Shown here: positions 18,640 to 27,649 of the stretch, piece by piece
Numbering within the stretch: the first letter of the stretch is position 1
Layout of the letters: each line of letters starts with the position of its first letter
Source: Syntrophaceae bacterium
Lineage (GTDB): Bacteria; Desulfobacterota; Syntrophia; Syntrophales; UBA2185
Length of the DNA stretch: 64,000 nt
Assembly: GCA_003153775.1 (NCBI GenBank)
Contig: PMBI01000094.1
Location: 70,959-134,958 of the forward strand
Direction of reading: 5' to 3'
Notes under the pieces: model-generated
Databases searched by the model: none
What the model saw: only the letters and a program-made list of their open reading frames with translations
Told to the model about the DNA's origin: nothing
Program-made: the position numbers and the translations under genes

Positions 18640-21135
18640 ATGAGGGAATCTATGAACAAGTTAATCGGATCAGTCATTTCAGATATTATCATCGGAGCGA
18701 TTCTTACAGCCTTGACGGTTGCAGCATTTTATTTTGAATGGACGCCGACGAAATATTTGGAATACAAAGTTTATGACGCAGTCTCCAATTTGAAGGAGAA
18801 AGCCTCCAATTCCCCTATTGTCATTGTAGCGATAGACGATGAAAGCATCGCCAACATGGGTAGATGGCCGTGGCCGCGGGGTTATATTGCACGCATGATA
18901 GAATATCTCAACAAGTGTCAAGCAAAAGTAATAGGGGTAGATATCATCTATTCTGAAATGGATATGAACCAGGGCCTGACTGAGGTACGCGATATTCTCA
19001 AGAATATAGAGAGCGATGCCGGCGTGCTGAAAAATGCGCAGGTCAGCAATATCTATAGCACTCTTAAAGAAACGGAAAAGAAACTGGATAATGATGCTAT
19101 ACTCGGGGCAGCCATCGGAGAGAGCAAGAAAGTCGTATTACCGCTGGTTTTCATCCTGGGCAATTCAACCGGCAGCAAAGGATCTGAAATCCCGGATTAC
19201 CTGAAACAGAATTCTGTGCCTGTAGCGTTTCAGGAAGGGAGCATACCTGCAAGACAGATTGTCCCGCCGATTCCTGATTTTGCGATGAAAGCGTTTGCCC
19301 TTGGGCACATTAACGTCGTTCCCGATGTAGACGGCACAGTGCGCAGTGAACCTCTGCTTGTATATTACGAAGGGCGGGCCTACCCATCCTTCGGACTTCA
19401 GCTATCTTTGAAATATTTGAACTACGATATAAGAGATGTGAGTTTCGCCGGTGGAGTGAATTTTGGAAATAACAGCATCGCCACATCTGACAAGGGCGAG
19501 ATGCTCATCGGCTTCAGCAAGAGCTTTCCTTATTTCTCTTTCTATGATGTGGCCGGCAACAAGGCGCCTCCGGAGGCATTCAAGGATAAGATCGTTATCA
19601 TTGCCCAGAGCGCCATCGGCCTCGGCGCTTTAGAGGTTACGCCCATCGGACCCAATGTTCCCTCCTGGGGTATCATAGCCAATGTCGCCGACAACATCCT
19701 CTCCGGTGATTATGTCGTGCGCCCGGCTTGGGCATTCCCGTTAGAGATAGGGGTTACGGTTTTCTTTGGCTTGTTCCTGGCATTGGTTATACCCAGGCTG
19801 AAGATCAGGATCAGCGCCATAGCATCGCTGATAATACTGCTAATCTGGATCGGAGCGGGGATGTATCTCCTGATGAATTACAGATACTGGGTCAAGCTTG
19901 TCCATCCGTCCCTTCTCATGCTGATAGGCTATACCCTGGTGGTTACCAAGGGGTACTTTTTCACGGAAGAGGCAAAGGAGCGCATCGAGGCGGACAGTTA
20001 CGAAACGAATAAGATGCTGGGGCTATCGTTCCAGGGACAGGGCATGCTTGATTTGGCCTTCGAAAAGTTCTGCAAATGTCCTGTTGAGGATAAGTCGGTA
20101 AAAGAGCTGCTGTATAACCTGGGCCTTGATTTTGAGAGAAAGCGGATGTTTAACAAAGCCGTAGCCGTCTATGAACATATTGCGCAGGCGGGAAACTTCA
20201 AGGATATCGAAGAGCGGGCCAAGAAGCTTAAAGCGGCAGGTGATACGATGATATTCGGTCTCGGAGGCGCCAAGAAAGATACAACCTTACTCATGGACGG
20301 CGCAGAGACTAAGCCTACTCTCGGACGCTATGAGGTTATAAAGGAACTGGGGCGGGGAGCTATGGGAGTTGTGTACCTCGGCCAGGATCCGAAGATCAAC
20401 AGGGAAGTCGCAATCAAGACACTGCGATATGAAGAGGTCGATGAGGAGCAGCTTGCGGAAGTGAAGAAGAGATTTTTCAGGGAAGCTGAGGCCGCAGGCA
20501 AACTTTCTCATCCTAATATCGTCACTATTTATGATGTCGGCGAAGATTACGACCTTGCATATATGGCTATGGAGCTTCTTGACGGCAGCGACCTTACCAA
20601 ATATTGCCAGAAGGAGAATTTGTTGCCTCTCGGTGAGGTAACAAAGATTATCACGTCGGTTGCCCAGGCCCTTGATTACGCCCATTGCAGCGGCGTCGTC
20701 CACAGGGATATCAAACCTGCAAACGTCATGATCTTGAAAAACGGGGAGGTTAAGGTTACCGATTTCGGTATTGCCAGGGTTATGACCTCTTCAAGCACCA
20801 AGACGGGCGCCATTATGGGAACACCGAGCTATATGTCGCCGGAGCAGATCGTAGGCCACCATGTTGATGGTAGGTCGGATCTTTTTTCACTCGGTGTAGT
20901 ATTCTATGAGCTATTAACTGGTGAGAAGCCGTTCCAGGGAGACAATATTACTACTCTCATGTTCAATATCACTAACTCTGCACCCTCGCCGCTTAAGGGT
21001 CTGGCGCCGGACATCCCGGATAATATCATTTCCATTATTGATAGATTGCTCTCTAAAGACAGAGAGGCGCGATATCAACAGGGAAGGGAGCTCGTAAGCG
21101 CCTTTTCTCTCGCAGGAGCTAACATTGGAAATTAA
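18640..21135 (+). CDS. CHASE2 sensor domain - transmembrane - TPR-like - Ser/Thr protein kinase
   Basis: 831 aa. N-terminal TM, then a CHASE2-like periplasmic region (VIVAIDDESIANMGRWPWPR), a TM cluster around aa 370-440, and a C-terminal Hanks kinase (GRGAMGVVY, AIK, HRDIKPANV, DFG, GTPSYMSPE). Confidence 0.85.
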   Translation: MRESMNKLIGSVISDIIIGAILTALTVAAFYFEWTPTKYLEYKVYDAVSNLKEKASNSPIVIVAIDDESIANMGRWPWPRGYIARMIEYLNKCQAKVIGVDIIYSEMDMNQGLTEVRDILKNIESDAGVLKNAQVSNIYSTLKETEKKLDNDAILGAAIGESKKVVLPLVFILGNSTGSKGSEIPDYLKQNSVPVAFQEGSIPARQIVPPIPDFAMKAFALGHINVVPDVDGTVRSEPLLVYYEGRAYPSFGLQLSLKYLNYDIRDVSFAGGVNFGNNSIATSDKGEMLIGFSKSFPYFSFYDVAGNKAPPEAFKDKIVIIAQSAIGLGALEVTPIGPNVPSWGIIANVADNILSGDYVVRPAWAFPLEIGVTVFFGLFLALVIPRLKIRISAIASLIILLIWIGAGMYLLMNYRYWVKLVHPSLLMLIGYTLVVTKGYFFTEEAKERIEADSYETNKMLGLSFQGQGMLDLAFEKFCKCPVEDKSVKELLYNLGLDFERKRMFNKAVAVYEHIAQAGNFKDIEERAKKLKAAGDTMIFGLGGAKKDTTLLMDGAETKPTLGRYEVIKELGRGAMGVVYLGQDPKINREVAIKTLRYEEVDEEQLAEVKKRFFREAEAAGKLSHPNIVTIYDVGEDYDLAYMAMELLDGSDLTKYCQKENLLPLGEVTKIITSVAQALDYAHCSGVVHRDIKPANVMILKNGEVKVTDFGIARVMTSSSTKTGAIMGTPSYMSPEQIVGHHVDGRSDLFSLGVVFYELLTGEKPFQGDNITTLMFNITNSAPSPLKGLAPDIPDNIISIIDRLLSKDREARYQQGRELVSAFSLAGANIGN

Positions 21136-21931
21136 GGCTTGTGGCATAACAGATCAGGGTCTGGTGAGACCCAACAACGAAGACGGTTTTTACATCGACG
21201 AGAAGACGGGTCTGCTTGTTGTTGCAGATGGCATGGGAGGACATGCATCCGGAGAGATTGCAAGCAAGCTGGCCCTCGACGTAATAAGGGATTATTTTAA
21301 GGCGTTTCATGAGGGTCGGGCAGCGCCGGTCGGGAAATTCGATGAAGAGTATTCCGAAATGTCAAAGGCGATCGGCTCTGCGGTTCGTCTTGCCAACCAG
21401 GCGATATATGAGGCTGCAAGGAGTAATGCAAGCTGGCAGGGTATGGGCACGACCGTGGCGGCGGTTGTAATCAACAGGAATAGATTGAGTATCGCCCATG
21501 TTGGTGACAGCAGGGTTTATCTGGTGAGGGCTGGTGATATTGAACAACTGACCGACGACCATTCGGTCGTCTATGAACAGGTGAAGCAGGAGCTATTAAC
21601 GCGAGAAGAGGCCCAGATATCCGAGATGAAAAATCTGTTGACGAGAGCCCTCGGCGTGGCCACAGAAGTGGAAGTTGATGTTAGTGAGTTGACTTTGTCT
21701 GCCGGGGACATTCTGGTACTGTGTACGGACGGTCTCAGCTCAATGGTCTCCGATGACGATATACTTAGTCTTGCCGTGTCAATGAAAGATCCCACGCCCG
21801 TATGTGACAGGCTGGTAGAACTGGCAAATAAACATGGCGGCAAGGACAACGTAACGGTTATTGTAGTATATGTCAGAAATAAAAGCTGGATTTCTTTTCT
21901 ATTAAATTTTAAGGAATGGTTCAGGAGGTGA
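21125..21931 (+). CDS. PP2C-family Ser/Thr phosphatase
   Basis: TDQGLVRPNNEDGF, ADGMGGH, and DGLSSMV..GGKDNVTVIVV. The TTG start overlaps the kinase stop by 11 nt. Confidence 0.85.
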   Translation: MEIKACGITDQGLVRPNNEDGFYIDEKTGLLVVADGMGGHASGEIASKLALDVIRDYFKAFHEGRAAPVGKFDEEYSEMSKAIGSAVRLANQAIYEAARSNASWQGMGTTVAAVVINRNRLSIAHVGDSRVYLVRAGDIEQLTDDHSVVYEQVKQELLTREEAQISEMKNLLTRALGVATEVEVDVSELTLSAGDILVLCTDGLSSMVSDDDILSLAVSMKDPTPVCDRLVELANKHGGKDNVTVIVVYVRNKSWISFLLNFKEWFRR

Positions 21932-21934
21932 TAT

Positions 21935-22639
21935 ATGGCGAAGGTTTTGCTCAAATTCAAGGAAGCCGTAATAAAAGAGATACCGCTTGATCAGGACGTC
22001 ATGACTATTGGGAGAAAAACGGATAATGATATCGTCATCGATAATCAGGCCGTGTCCGGCTATCACGCGCGTATAAAGAAGGAGGGGAATTCGCTATTCA
22101 TCGAGGACGTCAGCAGCCTGAACGGCACTTTTATCAACGGCCAGAAAATATCTAAAGGCGAATTGCATAACGGGGATGTGGTCTTAATCGGTGTTCATAC
22201 ACTTGACGTCATCTTGGAAAAGGCGAGAGGAACGGATACCAAGGAGGGTTTCGCCGTCCGGGGACGTTCGATGGATGAAACTGTCGTAATCGGCGCGGAA
22301 GAGCAAAAAAAAATATTGGCCTCTCAGGACAAGGAGAAGCCCGAGATCCTGGGTGGTTTCATAGTTATTGAAGGATCGACGGACAAGCGGGATTATCTGC
22401 TCAAAGAAAGGGTTACAACTATTGGCAAGGAAGACGGTGCAGGCATTCGTCTTAAGGGCTGGTTCGCCCCCCAAGTGGCCGCCCTCATCAATAGAAGGAA
22501 GGAAGGGTATTTTATCACGCCTGCGGGTGGAAAAACGCTGAAAGTAAACGGACAGAAAGTCGATCACAAATACGACCTGAAAGATGGCGACATTGTCGAA
22601 GCAGGCGGATTAAAGTTACAGTATTATGTGAAGGAATAA
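21935..22639 (+). CDS. Double FHA-domain protein
   Basis: FHA 1 is MTIGRKTDNDIVIDNQAVSGYHARI..SLNGTFINGQKI. A second FHA-like module is TTIGKEDGAGIRL..LKVNGQKV. AGGAGGTGA RBS, 3 nt after the PP2C stop. Confidence 0.85.
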   Translation: MAKVLLKFKEAVIKEIPLDQDVMTIGRKTDNDIVIDNQAVSGYHARIKKEGNSLFIEDVSSLNGTFINGQKISKGELHNGDVVLIGVHTLDVILEKARGTDTKEGFAVRGRSMDETVVIGAEEQKKILASQDKEKPEILGGFIVIEGSTDKRDYLLKERVTTIGKEDGAGIRLKGWFAPQVAALINRRKEGYFITPAGGKTLKVNGQKVDHKYDLKDGDIVEAGGLKLQYYVKE

Positions 22640-22656
22640 TTTTAAAGCGGATAACG

Positions 22657-22761
22657 ATGACAAGACAAAGACCTACGCGAAGACAGAAAGATATATCCAG
22701 GTTATTGAGGGAAAGGAACCGGCTGCGCAAAGGCACGGCAAGGAAGATCAAGAAGAAATAG
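22657..22761 (+). CDS. Possible 34-aa highly basic micro-ORF (unsupported by an RBS)
   Basis: ATG 22657 to TAG 22761 gives MTRQRPTRRQKDISRLLRERNRLRKGTARKIKKK. It lies between the FHA stop and the operon terminator. No clear SD. Confidence 0.2.
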   Translation: MTRQRPTRRQKDISRLLRERNRLRKGTARKIKKK

Positions 22762-22803
22762 CTTTTCATAATCGTTAATGCGGCTGTTTTCAGATGTGAC
22801 AGG

Positions 22804-22848
22804 AGGCGCTCTCAAGCGGGACGGCAGAGGGGAAGGGGCGCCTTTTTT
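22804..22848 (+). terminator. Candidate intrinsic terminator of the kinase/PP2C/FHA operon
   Basis: AGGCGC ... GCGCCT stem followed by TTTTTT (22843-22848). Confidence 0.5.
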
Positions 22849-22921
22849 GTTTGAGGAAAAAGTTTAGCGGCTCCGGTTCATGCTGAGACTGACGGAAGGA
22901 AATTACGCATTACGAATTAAT

Positions 22922-24442
22922 ATGATGTTTACAGAAGCGGACGCAAGACAGATTGAGAAAGAAGGCCTCACTCGCGAACGGGTGCTGGCACAGATCGACC
23001 TATTCAAGAGAGGCGTTCGTCCGGTCAAGCTCGACAGGCCCTGTACTGTTAATGACGGCATCGTTACCCTTTCGGAAGAAGAGCTGACGAAGATGGTGGC
23101 ATTGTACGAAGAAGAGCTCGGGATGGGCAGGGAGGTGCTGAAGTTCGTGCCCGCTTCCGGGGCTGCCAGTCGCATGTTCAAGGATTGGTACATATATCTC
23201 GAGAAAGGAAATCTGGATGCGAGACAGGGGGGGGAGTTCGCCGGGGAACTAAAAAGGTTCGCATTTTATATGGATTTGCGCGATGCAATACTGCGTGACG
23301 GCGAAGACCTTGAAAACATGTTGGAAGTCGAAAGGCACGCCGATATCTTGGCATACATCTTGACATCTAAGGGGTTGAACTACGGCAACCTCCCTAAGGC
23401 CCTGTTAAAATTCCATGCCTATCCTGAAGGCAGCCGCACGGCCCTTGAAGAGCATCTGGTGGAGGCAGCCCTCTATACGAAAGACCCCTGTCGCATCTGC
23501 AGGCTCCATTTAACTCTCTCGGAGGAGCATCAAAGAGACGTTGCGGATTACCTGTGCGTGATTAAAAGCTATTATGAGAAGGACTATGACGTAACCTTTG
23601 ACATCGCACTCTCCACGCAGAAATCGTCTACGAATACCATAGCCGTGGATTTGGATAACCGACCGTTTCGGGATCAACACGGGGAGCTCGTTTTCAGGCC
23701 GGGCGGACACGGCGCCCTTCTCGATAATCTGAACAGTATAGGGGGAGACATAGTCTATCTGAAGAATATCGACAATATAGTGTCTGACAGGTTGAAGCCG
23801 GTCACCGTATTTTACAAGAAGGTTATCGGGGGCCATCTCATTGCCCTGCAGAACGAGATATTCAGATACCTGCGGTACCTGGATAAAGGTGAACCGGACG
23901 AAGAAGTTATCCGGGAACTAAGGTTATTCTGTGAGAAGAGGCTTCATCTTGTTATGCCGCCGTGGTTTGAAGATTTGCCCCTTACGGAGAAGGGCTCTTT
24001 TATTTTTCAGAGACTCAACCGGCCGATCAGGGTATGCGGCATGGTAAGAAATCAAGGGGAGCCGGGCGGAGGTCCTTTCTGGATAAACGGGGAAGATGGA
24101 ACGCAGTCGCTTCAGATTATTGAGGAGTCACAGATAGATTCGGGATCGGCAGAGCAGCGGGCGATCTGGTTACGGGCAACCCATTTTAATCCAGTCGATC
24201 TTGTTTGTGGGGTTCGCAACTACCGGTCTGAGAAATTTGACCTCCGTGAGTTCGTAGATCGCGAGGCCTATTTCATTTCACAGAAATCTGAAAAGGGCAG
24301 GGACCTTAAAGCGCTTGAACTACCCGGTCTGTGGAACGGGTCAATGGCGTTCTGGATCACCATTTTTGTCGAAGTGCCAATCGAGACCTTCAATCCCGTA
24401 AAGACGATCCATGATTTACTAAGGCCGGAGCATCTGGCCTGA
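22922..24442 (+). CDS. DUF4301-like protein (nucleotidyltransferase-like, function unknown)
   Basis: About 506 aa starting MMFTEADARQIEKEGLTRERVLAQIDLFKRG, with the FVPASGAASRMFK motif. I recall this N-terminal pattern from the DUF4301 family. Start 22922 vs 22880 is uncertain. Confidence 0.65.
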   Translation: MMFTEADARQIEKEGLTRERVLAQIDLFKRGVRPVKLDRPCTVNDGIVTLSEEELTKMVALYEEELGMGREVLKFVPASGAASRMFKDWYIYLEKGNLDARQGGEFAGELKRFAFYMDLRDAILRDGEDLENMLEVERHADILAYILTSKGLNYGNLPKALLKFHAYPEGSRTALEEHLVEAALYTKDPCRICRLHLTLSEEHQRDVADYLCVIKSYYEKDYDVTFDIALSTQKSSTNTIAVDLDNRPFRDQHGELVFRPGGHGALLDNLNSIGGDIVYLKNIDNIVSDRLKPVTVFYKKVIGGHLIALQNEIFRYLRYLDKGEPDEEVIRELRLFCEKRLHLVMPPWFEDLPLTEKGSFIFQRLNRPIRVCGMVRNQGEPGGGPFWINGEDGTQSLQIIEESQIDSGSAEQRAIWLRATHFNPVDLVCGVRNYRSEKFDLREFVDREAYFISQKSEKGRDLKALELPGLWNGSMAFWITIFVEVPIETFNPVKTIHDLLRPEHLA

Positions 24443-24445
24443 GTT

Positions 24446-25450
24446 TCATTTTATCAACCAGCACTCTATGTCATCCCTGAGTGCCGCTTTCACCTGAATG
24501 TGACTTGTGGAATCTCCTTTCCGGCACAGTGCCGTAACTTCCTCATTTTTTGGCGCGTCGCTGTATGAGGCACAAAGGGATGCGGCGGAGAGGATCGTCG
24601 TTTCGCCGCTTCCGTAAGGAACGATAACGGTCGGGCCGGGAAATTGCTCCATATTGATAACGATGTCTTCCCCGCGAGAAAGTCTTTGGAGCGTCTCATT
24701 CTCGACGCTGTTCCGCCCCACAATAGCTTTGGAAAACTCATTGATTCGAAAGTGTCTGCCGTATTTGAGAAGCTCTATATCTCTTATCTCAAAATCCATG
24801 CCGTGCCGAAAGAGATCTCTCAATCTCTTGGAAAACATGGAGTCAGTAAGAAGGCATCCCCCTGCGGGAGCTGAGTAATGGCCAATGCCGTAGTGCCTCG
24901 CCATCTCAATCTGATCCTTCCTGCCCCTTCCTTTAATGGCAAGGAGCCTTTGACGGTCAACCGTGCCTTCGATTTCCGGTCTTGTTGCAGGGAGAAGCAG
25001 CGCACTCAAGGGTCTAAGGATATACTCCTGATACCCTGAATTTTTCGCAACTATATAAAGAGACTGTCTGGTCTGGGACATGGGGCGCTGGCCGAGCACC
25101 TCACCCGTAAAAATGAAATCAGCGCCCCTTTCTTCCATGATCCTGCCGGCTGTTTTCAGCATGAGGGTGTGGCAGTCGATGCATGGATTCATGTTCTTTC
25201 CGTATCCATACCTGGGGGCCTTTAGGATATCAAGGTGTTCTTTCGTAATATCCACTTCCACAAGATGGAGGCCGATTTCTTTTGCAGCCGCTTGAGCCTT
25301 TTCAGGACTAAAAAAGGGGGTCGTACACGTAACCCCCGTAACCTCAACACCCAGCGCCATGATGACTTTTGCTGCAAGCATGCTGTCCAATCCCCCTGAG
25401 AATAGACCTATTCCTTTTACTTTCAATATCTGACGATATTCACCTCCCAT
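24446..25450 (-). CDS. PP-loop ATP pyrophosphatase family protein (ThiI/MnmA-like tRNA-thiolation superfamily)
   Basis: SGGLDS PP-loop (GLFSGGLDSMLAAKV) and a CxxC-like pair (NPCIDCH). An alternative TTG start at 25426 overlaps the upstream stop as TTGA. Confidence 0.65.
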   Translation of the reverse strand: MGGEYRQILKVKGIGLFSGGLDSMLAAKVIMALGVEVTGVTCTTPFFSPEKAQAAAKEIGLHLVEVDITKEHLDILKAPRYGYGKNMNPCIDCHTLMLKTAGRIMEERGADFIFTGEVLGQRPMSQTRQSLYIVAKNSGYQEYILRPLSALLLPATRPEIEGTVDRQRLLAIKGRGRKDQIEMARHYGIGHYSAPAGGCLLTDSMFSKRLRDLFRHGMDFEIRDIELLKYGRHFRINEFSKAIVGRNSVENETLQRLSRGEDIVINMEQFPGPTVIVPYGSGETTILSAASLCASYSDAPKNEEVTALCRKGDSTSHIQVKAALRDDIECWLIK

Positions 25451-27081
25451 TTATTGTTCAGCAGTCCATATATTTCAGGATCTATATCAAAATCGACAAG
25501 ATAAGAATCTCCTTTGTCCCGCGTTATTTTAAAGGCGGGGAAGCTGACCGTGCCTGTCGGTTTATCGGTTTTTTCAGGAACTGAAAAGGAGAAGCTGGCA
25601 AATATGAAGGGCATGTTAGCGGCCTGCAAGGCTTTCTCAATAACCGTTCTTTTCGTCTCGCTGCCGTCGAGAATGATTGTCTCCGTGCCCCGGGTTTTCA
25701 AACCGTCAAGGAACTGTTGGGGGATTTTTTTTGAGAGAACGATTATTTGCTTATCCCCTTTTTTCGCAAGCACATCGGCCTTGGTAGAGAGGTAAAAACC
25801 GCTTGCGGAGGCGTCAAGTATCCCGACGTCAGTATCTCTGCTTGTCTGATATCCGAGTACATTGAGCAGGGAATTGACCAGTTCCGTGTTAGTGCCGGCG
25901 TTCATATTTGATATTTGCGGCGGCGCATATTTTTCGTCCGGCGCTGTTGCCACACCTTGTCCATCTAATATTTCTGTTATAATCATGCCGTTTCGCTCGG
26001 CATAATGGGTCATGGGCTGGGGCAACAACCGGGAATCTTCTGACACAAATGACAGTCCCTGCAGGTAAGGTTTACCATCATTCGTTTTTTTCATGACAAT
26101 CCAGTCGAGGGAAAGCTGAAGCGGCGAGCCGGTGCCTACGGTGTAAGGTGTTGTCCTTCTCGTCATTGAATATACGTTCGAGGCACCGACAATCTTTTGG
26201 AGGATTGCAGCGGTATCGTCGCTACTTGTTATATCAACCGAATGATAATTCTTCCAGTTGGACTGAATCATATTCTTCAGCGTGTCGGGCATGCGATTCC
26301 CGAAATCCAAAAAAATCGAACTTCCGTCATCCAGTTCAACAACGGGTATTGTGGAGCAGTCGATAGCAACCTGCCCTAACTCCGGAATGGGAATATAGTA
26401 TTTGCCGAGCGTTATAAGTGTTCCATTCATTCTGGTGACGACAACTTTTATGATATCGAGATGCGCTCGTGGGAGGATGACGGGTTTGTCCTTGGCTTCA
26501 TCTTTAGCAGACTTAGCGGATGATTCGGCCTCCTGTGCTTTGAACTCCTGTTTAGTAATGACTATGCTTCTGCGGGGCAGTTGCAATGTCCGGCCGGGAT
26601 ATATCATGTTGTAGTTTCTGATGTCCGGATTCAACTGCTTGATATCTTCTACGGCTTTTCGAAGCTCGGGCATCTTCACATTCAGCTCGCGCATGGCGAT
26701 CCGGCTTATGGAATCGCCTTTTCTTATGGTATAATTCAATGTCTCGGAACTCTCTTCCCCTTGCGGAGCAGCGCGCCTTTCCGCTTCGGGGAGTATAACG
26801 ACCTGGCCGGGTTTGATTTTGTTTAGATCTTTTATTTCCGGGTTCAGTTGTTTTATCAGCGTGAGTCTGTGTGCGGTCACTCCCGCCTGGGCTCTCATGA
26901 TTTGAAACAGCCACTCCCCTTCCTTAACTACGTACGGGCGTGTCTTTGCGCTTAGCGTTGCTGTTTTTTGAAAGGATAGATGCGCAGTATCCTCCTCGGC
27001 GAAAGAGTATTGCGCTGTAACGGTGAGAAACGTCATGGAAAGAAGAATGAGACAGATTGATCTCAGACCGGGATTGCCCAT
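25423..27081 (-). CDS. Secreted protein with two LysM domains and a large uncharacterised C-terminal region
   Basis: Signal peptide (LLSMTFLTVTAQYSFA). LysM 1 is YVVKEGEWLFQI..IKPGQVVILP; LysM 2 is YTIRKGDSISRIA..IYPGRTLQLP. About 380 aa follow with no motif I recognise. Confidence 0.7.
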   Translation of the reverse strand: MGNPGLRSICLILLSMTFLTVTAQYSFAEEDTAHLSFQKTATLSAKTRPYVVKEGEWLFQIMRAQAGVTAHRLTLIKQLNPEIKDLNKIKPGQVVILPEAERRAAPQGEESSETLNYTIRKGDSISRIAMRELNVKMPELRKAVEDIKQLNPDIRNYNMIYPGRTLQLPRRSIVITKQEFKAQEAESSAKSAKDEAKDKPVILPRAHLDIIKVVVTRMNGTLITLGKYYIPIPELGQVAIDCSTIPVVELDDGSSIFLDFGNRMPDTLKNMIQSNWKNYHSVDITSSDDTAAILQKIVGASNVYSMTRRTTPYTVGTGSPLQLSLDWIVMKKTNDGKPYLQGLSFVSEDSRLLPQPMTHYAERNGMIITEILDGQGVATAPDEKYAPPQISNMNAGTNTELVNSLLNVLGYQTSRDTDVGILDASASGFYLSTKADVLAKKGDKQIIVLSKKIPQQFLDGLKTRGTETIILDGSETKRTVIEKALQAANMPFIFASFSFSVPEKTDKPTGTVSFPAFKITRDKGDSYLVDFDIDPEIYGLLNNKWEVNIVRY

Positions 27082-27260
27082 AACTATACCTCATTAAAAT
27101 ATTGCACTGCTTTAGAATGCAAAAAAGTAGTTCCTGCAAACTATGTAATCACGTGTGTTATTAGCATAATTATTGTCGCTGTGCAAAGTAAAATCTCAAT
27201 ATCATTAGGTTCATTCAATACCGTGATTATGTGCTGCGAAGATTTTCAGACTGCCTTTAT

Positions 27261-27348
27261 TGAATTCGGCAGCGAGCGAATGACTAACGATACCGTTGCT
27301 TAAGAATCGAAGATTTTCGGCAGCTTTCTGCGGAGAGCTTCAATATCA
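27261..27348 (+). repeat. Dispersed intergenic repeat, copy A (imperfect hairpin 27309-27341)
   Basis: Shares TGAATTCGG(C/T)AGCG, AGCGA(G/A)CGAATGAC(T/A)AA, CTTAAGAATCGAAG and GGAGAGCTTCAAT blocks, in the same order and orientation, with 47983..48100. Confidence 0.7.
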
Positions 27349-27352
27349 ATGG

Positions 27353-27380
27353 TTGCAAGAACTAGCATTAATGATATAAT
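27353..27380 (+). promoter_or_regulatory. Strong sigma-70 promoter candidate (extended -10)
   Basis: TTGCAA (27353-58), 16-nt spacer, TGATATAAT (TG-n-TATAAT; TATAAT at 27375-80). About 50 nt upstream of the 72-aa ORF. Confidence 0.55.
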
Positions 27381-27429
27381 AAACGCGATTGATGAAGAGA
27401 TGACGGCATTTCCCAACTGAGGATAGCGA

Positions 27430-27648
27430 ATGACTAATATGGAAAATAATCCGGCTTTTGTAAAAGAGCTCCAGACGAGGTTTGATAAGAAATTAAAGGA
27501 AAACGAAATCTCGGTATTGGAATACTGGAAAGCACAGATTGATAGACTGCTGGCCATGAAACCGGACGGTATTGCATCACTCCAGTCGCAGATAAAAAGA
27601 GTCTCGGATATGATGGATACGAGAATAAGAACGATGAAAAAGGAATAA
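27430..27648 (+). CDS. 72-aa hypothetical coiled-coil protein
   Basis: GAGGA RBS 6 nt upstream. The stop lies 1 nt before the HD-gene start. The overlapping antisense ORF 27300..27665 is low-complexity. Confidence 0.6.
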   Translation: MTNMENNPAFVKELQTRFDKKLKENEISVLEYWKAQIDRLLAMKPDGIASLQSQIKRVSDMMDTRIRTMKKE

Positions 27649-27649
27649 T

